A stretch of 64,000 nucleotides of DNA from Eimeria praecox (Eukaryota), in NCBI GenBank assembly GCA_963920595.1, contig OY986948.1:5332001-5396000 (forward strand), read 5' to 3'. The notes beneath the pieces were generated by a model. The model saw only the letters and a list, made by a program, of their open reading frames with translations, did not search any database and was not told the origin of the DNA. A program made the translations under genes and the position numbers. The first letter of the stretch is position 1. Each line of letters starts with the position of its first letter. Below, piece after piece: positions 39,701 to 51,300 of this stretch.

Positions 39701-42700
39701 CCTTCCGCGGTTGCCGTCTCGTGGCAGGATGCTTTGCAGCACCTCTCCTTAATGCCAGGCGGCCAAGGCGTCATAGGGCACCCTGGTACACATGGGCGAT
39801 ATTATTTTCTGTGTGTCTTAAGAAGCGTTTGTTTTTTGTTGTTCTTCCTTCGACCAGCGATTTGGCGAGGGTGTCCGATGCGGCCACGTGCACTGGTTTG
39901 CAGTTGATATCGAGGTTTAGCATGGCTGAGGTGCAGTGGGCTAACTCATCGCTGTGTGCTACTAGGAGGAAGTGCTGATAGGAGTACAGTCAGTGTTTGG
40001 CAGATAGGTAGAGGGTTTGCATGCGCGGGCGTGGAGGCTTGTACATATGCGGCACGCGCATGTACGTGCCACAGCGTGGGCAGCGTGTCGGAGCGGGCAC
40101 TGGCGTTGCAATCGGGCACGTTTCTGTCCAGGAAGTATGCACATCATTATGTGCTATTTGTTTGGATACGCAAGGCCTGCAGGAGCCCCAAAGCCTTGTA
40201 TAATGGGTGAGGCACATACAGCCAAATCATCGTTTTTTGAGTACAACTATAAGTGTGCTTAGATTTATTTCTGCTGGACGGAACACATGGGTGCTCATGC
40301 AAGTCCACACAGATTTGTGGAGCTGGAGTGTGAGGGGAAGTATTAGTTCGTTTTGAACGTGTTTTGCATTCTCTGGAGCGGCGCCATAGAGCTGTAGATA
40401 TGCATGTGGTAGACAAGATCTGGCATTACAGTCGGTGTTAGTACATGTGCGAGGCAGTATATGAGCGGCGCTATGGATGGTAGGTGGTGGTTGGCCCTCA
40501 TTGAGATGTATGCTGAACGTCTACCTCCATTTGCGGTTGGTTTGGCTATACCTGATGGTTTTGGTTCTGGGCGGACGGGAATATTTGGGAAGGGTGCATG
40601 ATGCGGCTAGGTGCAGTGGTTTGCAGTATATATCAAGTTTTGGCATGGTTGAGTTGCAGTGGGCGAACTCAGCTCTGTGTGCTAATAGCAGTGTGTGCTG
40701 CTAAGAGTATAGGCAGTGTTTGGCCGATAGGTAGAGGGCTTGCATGCTTCGAAGTCGAGGTTTGTACAGCTTATGTGCGTAGTTCATCGCAAGGGGCGTG
40801 GGGAAGGGATCTGTGGCGTTGCGATTGCGTGCTGGTTTGTGCAGAGAGTATGTTCATGATAGGCTGCCCGGTTGCGCATATGCAGAGCGTTTGGAAAGAT
40901 GACGAGTGTGTAGCCGGTTCGAAGTGCTGGAGGCAAGTGCATTTTCTACGTGCAGTAGTGAATGCTATTCTGTTTAAGGCTGTCTGGTGGCAAGCATAGG
41001 CGGGCGCGTTCAAATTGTGAAGCTGCAGTGCCGGTAGATGTGCGTCTTCGCCTTATTTTGGCTGCGGTCTTCTCTGGCGTCTGAATGGATGGTTACCTGG
41101 GCGCTGCGATATACGACACTGCGCAATTGGGTTTGGGGGGAACGCGTAGCATTAGAATCGATGTTAGTGAATTGGGGAGGCCGTTTTCGAGGAGCACAAT
41201 ACGCGTTGGTATGCGGCGGTAGCTCACTGAGACTTACGCTGAGCGCGTCAGAGCATTGGCGATTAGTCTGACTAGAGATGATGATTCTTTGCTTTGGGGG
41301 GACGTGAATAGCGGAGAGCGGGCCGCAACGCAGGACAACTTTAGGATGGTTTGCTCTAATGCGGATGGTGGTTGTACAAAAGCACGCGGAACCGACATCT
41401 TGTTGCACAGGTACTGATTAAAACGAACGACAGTCGAACACATTGGGCAGACGAGTGGTGAAAGAGAATGGTTTAGCACTTTTGTGTTCGGATTAGTTTC
41501 AATTTCTGCATGCGTGGATGATGTCCTTCCGCGGTTGCCGTCTCGTGGCAGGATGCTTTGCAGCACCTCTCCTTAATGCCAGGCGGCCAAGGCGTCATAG
41601 GGCACCCTGGTACACATGGGCGATATTATTTTCTGTGTGTCTTAAGAAGCGTTTGTTTTTTGTTGTTCTTCCTTCGACCAGCGATTTGGCGAGGGTGTCC
41701 GATGCGGCCACGTGCACTGGTTTGCAGTTGATATCGAGGTTTAGCATGGCTGAGGTGCAGTGGGCTAACTCATCGCTGTGTGCTACTAGGAGGAAGTGCT
41801 GATAGGAGTACAGTCAGTGTTTGGCAGATAGGTAGAGGGTTTGCATGCGCGGGCGTGGAGGCTTGTACATATGCGGCACGCGCATGTACGTGCCACAGCG
41901 TGGGCAGCGTGTCGGAGCGGGCACTGGCGTTGCAATCGGGCACGTTTCTGTCCAGGAAGTATGCACATCATTAGGTGCTATTTGTTTGGATACGCAAGGC
42001 CTGCAGGAGCCCCAAAGCCTTGTATAATGGGTGAGGCACATACAGCCAAATCATCGTTTTTTGAGTACAACTATAAGTGTGCTTAGATTTATTTCTGCTG
42101 GACGGAACACATGGGTGCTCATGCAAGTCCACACAGATTTGTGGAGCTGGAGTGTGAGGGGAAGTATTAGTTCGTTTTGAACGTGTTTTGCATTCTCTGG
42201 AGCGGCGCCATAGAGCTGTAGATGTGCATGTGGTAGACAAGATCTGGCATTACAGTCGGTGTTAGTACATGTGCGAGGCAGTATATGAGCGGCGCTATGG
42301 ATGGTAGGTGGTGGTGGGCCCTCATTGAGATGTATGCTGAACGTCTACCTCCATTTGCGGTTGGTTTGGCTATACCTGATAGTTTTGGTTCTGGGCGGAC
42401 GGGAATATTTGGGAAGGGTGCATGATGCGGCTAGGTGCAGTGGTTTGCAGTATATATCAAGTTTTGGCATGGTTGAGTTGCAGTGGGCGAACTCAGCTCT
42501 GTGTGCTAATATGTGTGTCTGTTGCTAAGAGTATAGGCAGTGTTTGGCCGATAGGTAGAGGGCTTGCATGCTTCGAAGTCGAGGTTTGTACAGCTTATGT
42601 GCATAGTTCATCGCAAGGGGCGTGGGGAAGGGATCTGTGGCGTTGCGATTGCGTGCTGGTTTGTGCAGAGAGTATGTTCATGATAGGCTGCCCGGTTGCG

Positions 42701-42857
42701 CATATGCAGAGCGTTTGGAAAGATGACGAGTGTGTAGCCGGTTCGAAGTGCTGGAGGCAAGTGCATTTTCTACGTGCAGTAGTGAATGCTATTCTGTTTA
42801 AGGCTGTCTGGTGGCAAGCATAGGCGGGCGCGTTCAAATTGTGAAGCTGCAGTGCCG
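12757..42857. repeat. 1824-bp tandem repeat array, ~16.5 near-identical copies
   Basis: The marker ORF MMRLGAVV... starts at 13238, 15062, 16886 ... 42422 (17 occurrences, exact period 1824). cacgtttctgtccagg occurs at 12757 and 41941 (16 x 1824). Only substitutions were seen between copies. Confidence 0.99.
13209..13234 (+). other. Canonical G-quadruplex motif in the 1824-bp unit (recurs every 1824 bp)
   Basis: GGG-cggac-GGG-aatattt-GGG-aa-GGG fits G3+N1-7 x4 and is unchanged in the copies inspected. Motif match only. Confidence 0.6.
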
Positions 42858-45382
42858 AACAGCGATTTGGCGAGGGTGTCCGATGGGGCCACGTGCACTG
42901 GTTTGCAGTTGATGTCGAGGTTTACCATGGCTGAGGTGCAGTGGGCTAACTCATCGCTGTGTGCTAATAGGAGGATGTGGTGATAGGAGTACAGTCAGTG
43001 TTTGGCAGATAGGTAGAGGGTTTGCATGCGTGGGCGTGGAGGTTTGTACATATGCGGCACGCGCATGTACGTGCCACAGAGTGGGAAGATTGCCAGAGCG
43101 GTCATTGGCCTTGCAATCGGGCACGTTTCTGTCCAGGAAGTATGCACATCATTATGTGCTATTTGTTTGGATACGCAAGGCCTGCAGGAGCTCCAATGTG
43201 TTTGAAAACGGGTGAGGCACATAAAGCCAAGTCTTCGTTTTTTGAGTGCAGCTCTAAGCGGGCTTACATTTGTTTCTGGTCGATGGCACGCATGGTTGCT
43301 GATGCACATCCACACAGATTTGTGGAGCTGGAGTGTGAGGGGAGGTCGGAGTTCGTTCTGATTATGTTTTGCCTTCACTGAAGCATCTGTGGCGTTGCGA
43401 TCTCCTGCTGGTTTGGGCAGAGAGTATGTTCATGATAGGCTGTCCGGTTGCGTATATGTTTGGCGCTTCCAGACGCGAAGAGTATGTAGCAGGTTTGGCG
43501 TACGGGTAGGAAGTGCATTTTCTACTTGGAGTTATGAATGCGATCCCGTTTGAGGCTGCCTTGTGGCAAGCATGGGTGGAAGCATGCAAATTGTGAAGCT
43601 GCAGTGCCGGGAGAGGTGCGACGTCGCTTTATTTTGAGTGTGGTGCTGTGGGATATGTAGAGGGAGGGTTGATTGGGGGCTGGGATGTTAGGGTTGGCTA
43701 CAAGGCGTGGCATGAGAATCGATTGTATTGAATTGGCGAGGCGGTTTTCGAGGAGCGCTATAAGCATTAGTAGGTGGCGGGACCTCACTGAGATTTGCGG
43801 CGAGTCTGTGGTAGCATTGATGATTGATCTGATTAGAGGTGACTTTGTTTTCTATGCGAAAGGGGTATAGCAGTTACAGGGTCTCAGCGGAGTAACACTT
43901 TAGGATGCATTGCTCTCCTCTGCACGGTGGTTGCGCAGAAGAACGCGCAACCGACATCTTGTTGCATAGCTACTGGTTAAAACGCATGATAGGCGAGCTC
44001 ATAGTGCATGTTGGTGTTAGGCGAGAATAGTTTAGCCCTTTTGTGTTTGGCTTGGTTGCAATTTCTGAATGGGTGGATGATGTCCTTTCGCAGTTGCCAT
44101 TTCGCGGCATGGTATTTGCAGCACCTTTCCTTAGTTCGAGGCGGCCAAGGCGTCAGAGGGCACCCTGGTACACATGCGTGATTTTTTTTTCTGTGTGTCT
44201 TAAGAAGCGTTTGATTTCAGTTGTTCTTCCTTCGACCAGCGATTTGGCGAGGGTGTCCGATGCGGCCACGTGCACTGGTTTGCGGTTGATATCGAGGTTT
44301 AGCATGGCTGAGGTGCAGTGGGCGAACTCATCGCTGTGTGCTAATAGGAGGATGTGCTGATAGGAGTACAGTCAGTGTTTGGCAGATAGGTAGAGGGTTT
44401 CCATGCGTGGGCGTGGAGGTTTGCGCATACGCGGCCCGCGCATGTACGTGCCACAGCGTGGGCAGCGTGCCGGAGCGGTTATTGGCGTTGCAGTCGGGCG
44501 CGTTTGTGTCCAAGGAAGGAAAGGCCCGCGGCAGCTCAACCATCCTGTAAATTGGGTGAGGCACATAAAGCCAAATCATCGTTTTTTGAGTACAACTATA
44601 AGTGTGCTTAGATTTGTTTCTGCTGGACGGAACACATGGGTGCTCATGCAAGTCCACACAGATTTGTGGAGCTGGAGTGTGAGGGGAAGTATTAGTTCGT
44701 TTTGAACGTGTTTTGCATTCTCTGGGGCGGCGCCATAGAGCTGTAGATATGCATGTGGTAGACAAGATCTGGCATTACAGTCGGTGTTAGTACATGTGTG
44801 AGGCAGTATATGAGCGGCGCTATGGATGGTAGGTGGTGGTGGGCCCTCATTGAGATGTATGCTGAACGTCTACCTCCATTTGCGGTTGGTTTGGCTATAC
44901 CTGATAGTTTTGGTTCTGGGCGGACGGGAATATTTGGGAAGGGTGCATGATGCGGCTAGGTGCAGTGGTTTGCAGTAGATATCAAGTTTTGGCATGGTTG
45001 AGTTGCAGTGGGCGAACTCAGCTCTGTGTGCTAATATGTGTGTCTGTTGCTAAGCGTATAGGCAGTGTTTGGCCGATAGGTAGAGGGCTTGCATGCTTCG
45101 AAGTCGAGGTTTGTACAGCTTATGTGCGTAGTTCATCGCAAGGGGCGTGGGGAAGGGATCTGTGGCGTTGCGATTGCGTGCTGGTTTGTGCAGAGAGTAT
45201 GTTCATGATAGGCTGCCCGGTTGCGCATATGCAGAGCGTTTGGAAAGATGACGAGTGTGTAGCCGGTTCGAAGTGCTGGAGACAAGTGCATTTCCTACGT
45301 GCAGTAGTGAATGCTATTCTGTTTAAGGCTGTCTGGTGGCAAGCATAGGCGGGCGCGTTCAAATTGTGAAGCTGCAGTGCCG
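42858..45382. repeat. 2525-bp chimeric junction block: one 1377-type monomer plus a deleted 1824-type unit
   Basis: ORF pairs are offset by 2525 (42422/44947, 42786/45311, 43522/46047, 44043/46568). The same deletion junction cagtgccg|a(a/c)cagcgatttgg occurs at 42857/8 and 45382/3. Length check: 1377 + (1824-643) - 33 = 2525. Confidence 0.92.
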
Positions 45383-48300
45383 ACCAGCGATTTGGCGAGG
45401 GTGTCCGATGCGGCCACGTGCACTGGTTTGCAGTTGATATCGAGGTTTACCATGGCTGAGGTGCAGTGGGCTAACTCATCGCTGTGTGCTAATAGGAGGA
45501 TGTGGTGATAGGAGTACAGTCAGTGTTTGGCAGATAGGTAGAGGGTTTGCATGCGCGGGCGTGGAGGTTTGTACATATGCGGCACGCGCATGTACGTGCC
45601 ACAGCGTGGGCAGCGTGTCGGAGCGGTTATTGGCGTTGCAATCGGGCACGTTTCTGTCCAGGAAGTATGCACATCATTAGGTGCTATTTGTTTGGATACG
45701 CAAGGCCTGCAGGAGCTCCAATGTGTTTGAAAATGGGTGAGGCACATAAAGCCAAATCATCATTTTTTGAGTGCAGCTCTAAGCGGGCTTACATTTGTTT
45801 CTGGTCGATGGCACGCATGGTTGCTGAGGCACATCCACACAGATTTGTGGAGCTGGAGTGTGAGGGGAAGTAGGAGTTCGTTTTGATTATGTTTTGCCTT
45901 CACTGAAGCATCTGTGGCATTACGATCTCCTGCTGGTTTGGGCAGAGAGTATGTTCATGATAAGCTGTCCGGTTGCGTATATGCGGAGCGTTTGCAGACG
46001 TGAACAGAGTGTTGCAGGTTTGGCGTACGGGTAGGAAGTGCATTTTCTACTTGGAGTTATGAATGCGATCCCGTTTGAGGCTGCCTTGTGGCAAGCATGG
46101 GTGGAAGCATGCAAATTGTGAAGCTGCAGTGCCAGGCGAGGTGCGACGTCGCTTTAGTTTGAGTGTGTTGCTGTGGGATATGCAGATGGAGGGTTGATTG
46201 GGGGCTGGGATGTTAGGGTTGGCTACAAGGCGTGGCATGAGAATCGATTGTATTGAATTGGCGAGGCGGTTTTCGAGGAGCGCTATAAGCATTAGTAGGT
46301 GGCGGGACCTCACTGAGATTTGCGGCGAGTCTGTGGTAGCAGTGATGATTGATCTGATTAGAGGTGACTTTGTTTTCTATGCGAAAGGGGTATAGCAGTT
46401 ACAGGGTCTCAGCGGAGTAACACTTTAGGATGCATTGCTCTCCTCTGCACGGTGGTTGCGCAGAAGAACGCGCAACCGACATCTTGTTGCATAGCTACTG
46501 GTTAAAACGCATGATAGGCGAGCTCATAGTGCATGTTGGTGTTAGGCGAGAATAGTTTAGCCCTTTTGTGTTTGGCTTGGTTGCAATTTCTGAATGGGTG
46601 GATGATGTCCTTTCGCAGTTGCCATTTCGCGGCATGGTATTTGCAGCACCTTTCCTTAGTTCGAGGCGGCCAAGGCGTCAGAGGGCACCCTCGTACACAT
46701 GCGTGATTTTTTTTTCTGTGTGTCTTAAGAAGCGTTTGATTTCCGTTGTTCTTCCTTCGACCAGCGATTTGGCGAGGGTGTCCGATGCGGCCACGTGCAC
46801 TGGTTTGCAGTTGATATCGAGGTTTAGCATGGCTGAGTTGCAGTGGGCGAACTCATCGCTGTGTGCTAATAGGAGGATGTGCTGATAGGAGTACAGTCAG
46901 TGTTTGGCAGATAGGTAGAGGGTTTGCATGCGTGGGCGTGGAGGTTTCTGCATATGCGGCACGCGCATGTACGTGCCACAGCGTGGGCAGCGTGTCGGAG
47001 CGGTTATTGGCGTTGCAGTCGGGCACGTTTCTGTCCAGGAAGTATGCACATCATTAGGTGCTATTTGTTTGGATACGCAAGGCCTGCAGGAGCTCCAATG
47101 TGTCGAAAAACGGGTGAGGCACATAAAGCCAAATCATCGTTTTTTGAGTGCAGCTCTAAGCGGGCTTACATTTGTTTCTGGTCGATGGCACGCATGGTTG
47201 CTGATGCAAATGCACACAGATTTGTGGAGCTGGAGTGTGAGGGGAAGTAGGAGTTCGTTTTGATTATGTTTTGCCTTCACTGAAGCATCTGTAGCGTTGC
47301 GATCTCCTGCTGGTATGGGCAGAGAGTATGTTCATGATAGGCTGTCCGGTTGCGTATATGCGGAGCGTTTCCAGACGTGAACACAGTGTTGCAGGTTTGC
47401 CGTACGGGTAGGAAGTTCATTTTCTACTTGGAGTTATGAATGCGATCCCGTTTGAGGCTGCCTTGTGGCAAGCATGGGTGGAAGCATGCAAATTGTGAAG
47501 GTGCAGTGCCGGGAGAAGTGGGACGTCGCTTTATTTTGAGTGTGTTGCTGTGGGATATGTAGATGGAGGGTTGATTGGGGGCTGGGATGTTAGGGTTGGC
47601 TACAAGGCGTGGCATGAGAATCGATTGTATTGAATTGTCGAGGCGGTTTTCGAGGAGCGCTATAAGCATTAGTAGGTGGCGGGACCTCACTGAGATTTGC
47701 GGCGAGTCTGTGGCAGCATTGATGATTGATCTGATTAGAGGTGACTTTCTTTTCTATGCGAAAGGGGTATAGCAGTTACAGGGTCTCAGCGGAGTAACAC
47801 TTTAGGATGCATTGCTCTCCTCTGCACGGTGGTTGCGCAGAAGAACGCGCAACCGACATCTTGTTGCATAGCTACTGGTTAAAACGCATGATAGGCGAGC
47901 TCATAGTGCATTTTGGTGTTAGGCGAGAATAGTTTAGCCCTTTTGTGTTTGGCTTGGTTGCAATTTCTGAATGGGTGGATGATGTCCTTTCGCAGTTGCC
48001 ATTTCGCGGCATGGTATTTGCAGCACCTTTCCTTAGTTCGAGGCGGCCAAGGCGTCAGAGGGCACCCTCGTACACATGCGTGATTTTTTTTTCTGTGTGT
48101 CTTAACAAGCGTTTGATTTCCGTTGTTCTTCCTTCGACCAGCGATTTGGCGAGGGTGTCCGATGCGGCCACGTGCACTGGTTTGCAGTTGATATCGAGGT
48201 TTAGCATGGCTGAGTTGCAGTGGGCGAACTCATCGCTGTGTGCTAATAGGAGGATGTGCTGATAGGAGTACAGTCAGTGTTTGGCAGATAGGTAGAGGGT

Positions 48301-51300
48301 TTGCATGCGTGGGCGTGGAGGTTTCTGCATATGCGGCACGCGCATGTACGTGCCACAGCGTGGGCAGCGTGTCGGAGCGGTTATTGGCGTTGCAGTCGGG
48401 CACGTTTCTGTCCAGGAAGTATGCACATCATTAGGTGCTATTTGTTTGGATACGCAAGGCCTGCAGGAGCTCCAATGTGTCGAAAAACGGGTGAGGCACA
48501 TAAAGCCAAATCATCGTTTTTTGAGTGCAGCTCTAAGCGGGCTTACATTTGTTTCTGGTCGATGGCACGCATGGTTGCTGATGCAAATGCACACAGATTT
48601 GTGGAGCTGGAGTGTGAGGGGAAGTAGGAGTTCGTTTTGATTATGTTTTGCCTTCACTGAAGCATCTGTAGCGTTGCGATCTCCTGCTGGTATGGGCAGA
48701 GAGTATGTTCATGATAGGCTGTCCGGTTGCGTATATGCGGAGCGTTTCCAGACGTGAACACAGTGTTGCAGGTTTGCCGTACGGGTAGGAAGTTCATTTT
48801 CTACTTGGAGTTATGAATGCGATCCCGTTTGAGGCTGCCTTGTGGCAAGCATGGGTGGAAGCATGCAAATTGTGAAGGTGCAGTGCCGGGAGAAGTGGGA
48901 CGTCGCTTTATTTTGAGTGTGTTGCTGTGGGATATGTAGATGGAGGGTTGATTGGGGGCTGGGATGTTAGGGTTGGCTACAAGGCGTGGCATGAGAATCG
49001 ATTGTATTGAATTGTCGAGGCGGTTTTCGAGGAGCGCTATAAGCATTAGTAGGTGGCGGGACCTCACTGAGATTTGCGGCGAGTCTGTGGCAGCATTGAT
49101 GATTGATCTGATTAGAGGTGACTTTCTTTTCTATGCGAAAGGGGTATAGCAGTTACAGGGTCTCAGCGGAGTAACACTTTAGGATGCATTGCTCTCCTCT
49201 GCACGGTGGTTGCGCAGAAGAACGCGCAACCGACATCTTGTTGCATAGCTACTGGTTAAAACGCATGATAGGCGAGCTCATAGTGCATTTTGGTGTTAGG
49301 CGAGAATAGTTTAGCCCTTTTGTGTTTGGCTTGGTTGCAATTTCTGAATGGGTGGATGATGTCCTTTCGCAGTTGCCATTTCGCGGCATGGTATTTGCAG
49401 CACCTTTCCTTAGTTCGAGGCGGCCAAGGCGTCAGAGGGCACCCTCGTACACATGCGTGATTTTTTTTTCTGTGTGTCTTAACAAGCGTTTGATTTCCGT
49501 TGTTCTTCCTTCGACCAGCGATTTGGCGAGGGTGTCCGATGCGGCCACGTGCACTGGTTTGCAGTTGATATCGAGGTTTAGCATGGCTGAGTTGCAGTGG
49601 GCGAACTCATCGCTGTGTGCTAATAGGAGGATGTGCTGATAGGAGTACAGTCAGTGTTTGGCAGATAGGTAGAGGGTTTGCATGCGTGGGCGTGGAGGTT
49701 TCTGCATACGCGGCACGCGCATGTACGTGCCACAGCGTGGGCAGCGTGTCGGAGCGGTTATTGGCGTTGCAGTCGGGCACGTTTCTGTCCAGGAAGTATG
49801 CACATCATTAGGTGCTATTTGTTTGGATACGCAAGGCCTGCAGGAGCTCCAATGTGTCGAAAAACGGGTGAGGCACATAAAGCCAAATCATCGTTTTTTG
49901 AGTGCAGCTCTAAGCGGGCTTACATTTGTTTCTGGTCGATGGCACGCATGGTTGCTGATGCAAATGCACACAGATTTGTGGAGCTGGAGTGTGAGGGGAA
50001 GTAGGAGTTCGTTTTGATTATGTTTTGCCTTCACTGAAGCATCTGTAGCGTTGCGATCTCCTGCTGGTATGGGCAGAGAGTATGTTCATGATAGGCTGTC
50101 CGGTTGCGTATATGCGGAGCGTTTCCAGACGTGAACACAGTGTTGCAGGTTTGCCGTACGGGTAGGAAGTTCATTTTCTACTTGGAGTTTTGAATGCGAT
50201 CCCGTTTGAGGCTGCCTTGTGGCAAGCATGGGTGGAAGCATGCAAATTGTGAAGGTGCAGTGCCGGGAGAAGTGGGACGTCGCTTTATTTTGAGTGTGTT
50301 GCTGTGGGATATGTAGATGGAGGGTTGATTGGGGGCTGGGATGTTAGGGTTGGCTACAAGGCGTGGCATGAGAATCGATTGTATTGAATTGTCGAGGCGG
50401 TTTTCGAGGAGCGCTATAAGCATTAGTAGGTGGCGGGACCTCACTGAGATTTGCGGCGAGTCTGTGGCAGCATTGATGATTGATCTGATTAGAAGTGACT
50501 TTCTTTTCTATGCGAAAGGGGTATAGCAGTTACAGGGTCTCAGCGGAGTAACACTTTAGGATGCATTGCTCTCCTCTGCACGGTGGTTGCGCAGAAGAAC
50601 GCGCAACCGACATCTTGTTGCATAGCTACTGGTTAAAACGCATGATAGGCGAGCTCATAGTGCATGTTGGTGTTAGGCGAGAATAGTTTAGCCCTTTTGT
50701 GTTTGGCTTGGTTGCAATTTCTGAATGGGTGGATGATGTCCTTTCGCAGTTGCCATTTCGCGGCATGGTATTTGCAGCACCTTTCCTTAGTTCGAGGCGG
50801 CCAAGGCGTCAGAGGGCACCCTGGTACACATGCGTGATTTTTTTTTCTGTGTGTCTTAACAAGCGTTTGATTTCCGTTGTTCTTCCTTCGACCAGCGATT
50901 TGGCGAGGGTGTCCGATGCGGCCACGTGCACTGGTTTGCAGTTGATATCGAGGTTTAGCATGGCTGAGGTGCAGTGGGCTAACTCATCGCTGTGTGCTAA
51001 TAGGAGGATGTGGTGATAGGAGTACAGTCAGTGTTTGGCAGATAGGTAGAGGGTTTGCATGCGTGGGCGTGGAGGTTTCTGCATATGCGGCACGCGCATG
51101 TACGTGCCACAGCGTGGGCAGCGTGTCGGAGCGGTTATTGGCGTTGCAATCGGGCACGTTTCTGTCCAGGAAGTATGCACATCATTAGGTGCTATTTGTT
51201 TGGATACGCAAGGCCTGCAGGAGCTCCAATGTGTCGAAAAACGGGTGAGGCACATAAAGCCAAATCATCGTTTTTTGAGTGCAGCTCTAAGCGGGCTTAC

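Noticed and set aside
43688..43693. TTAGGG in the 1377-bp unit as a telomeric repeat
   Set aside because: Single hexamer per unit, not tandem; expected by chance.
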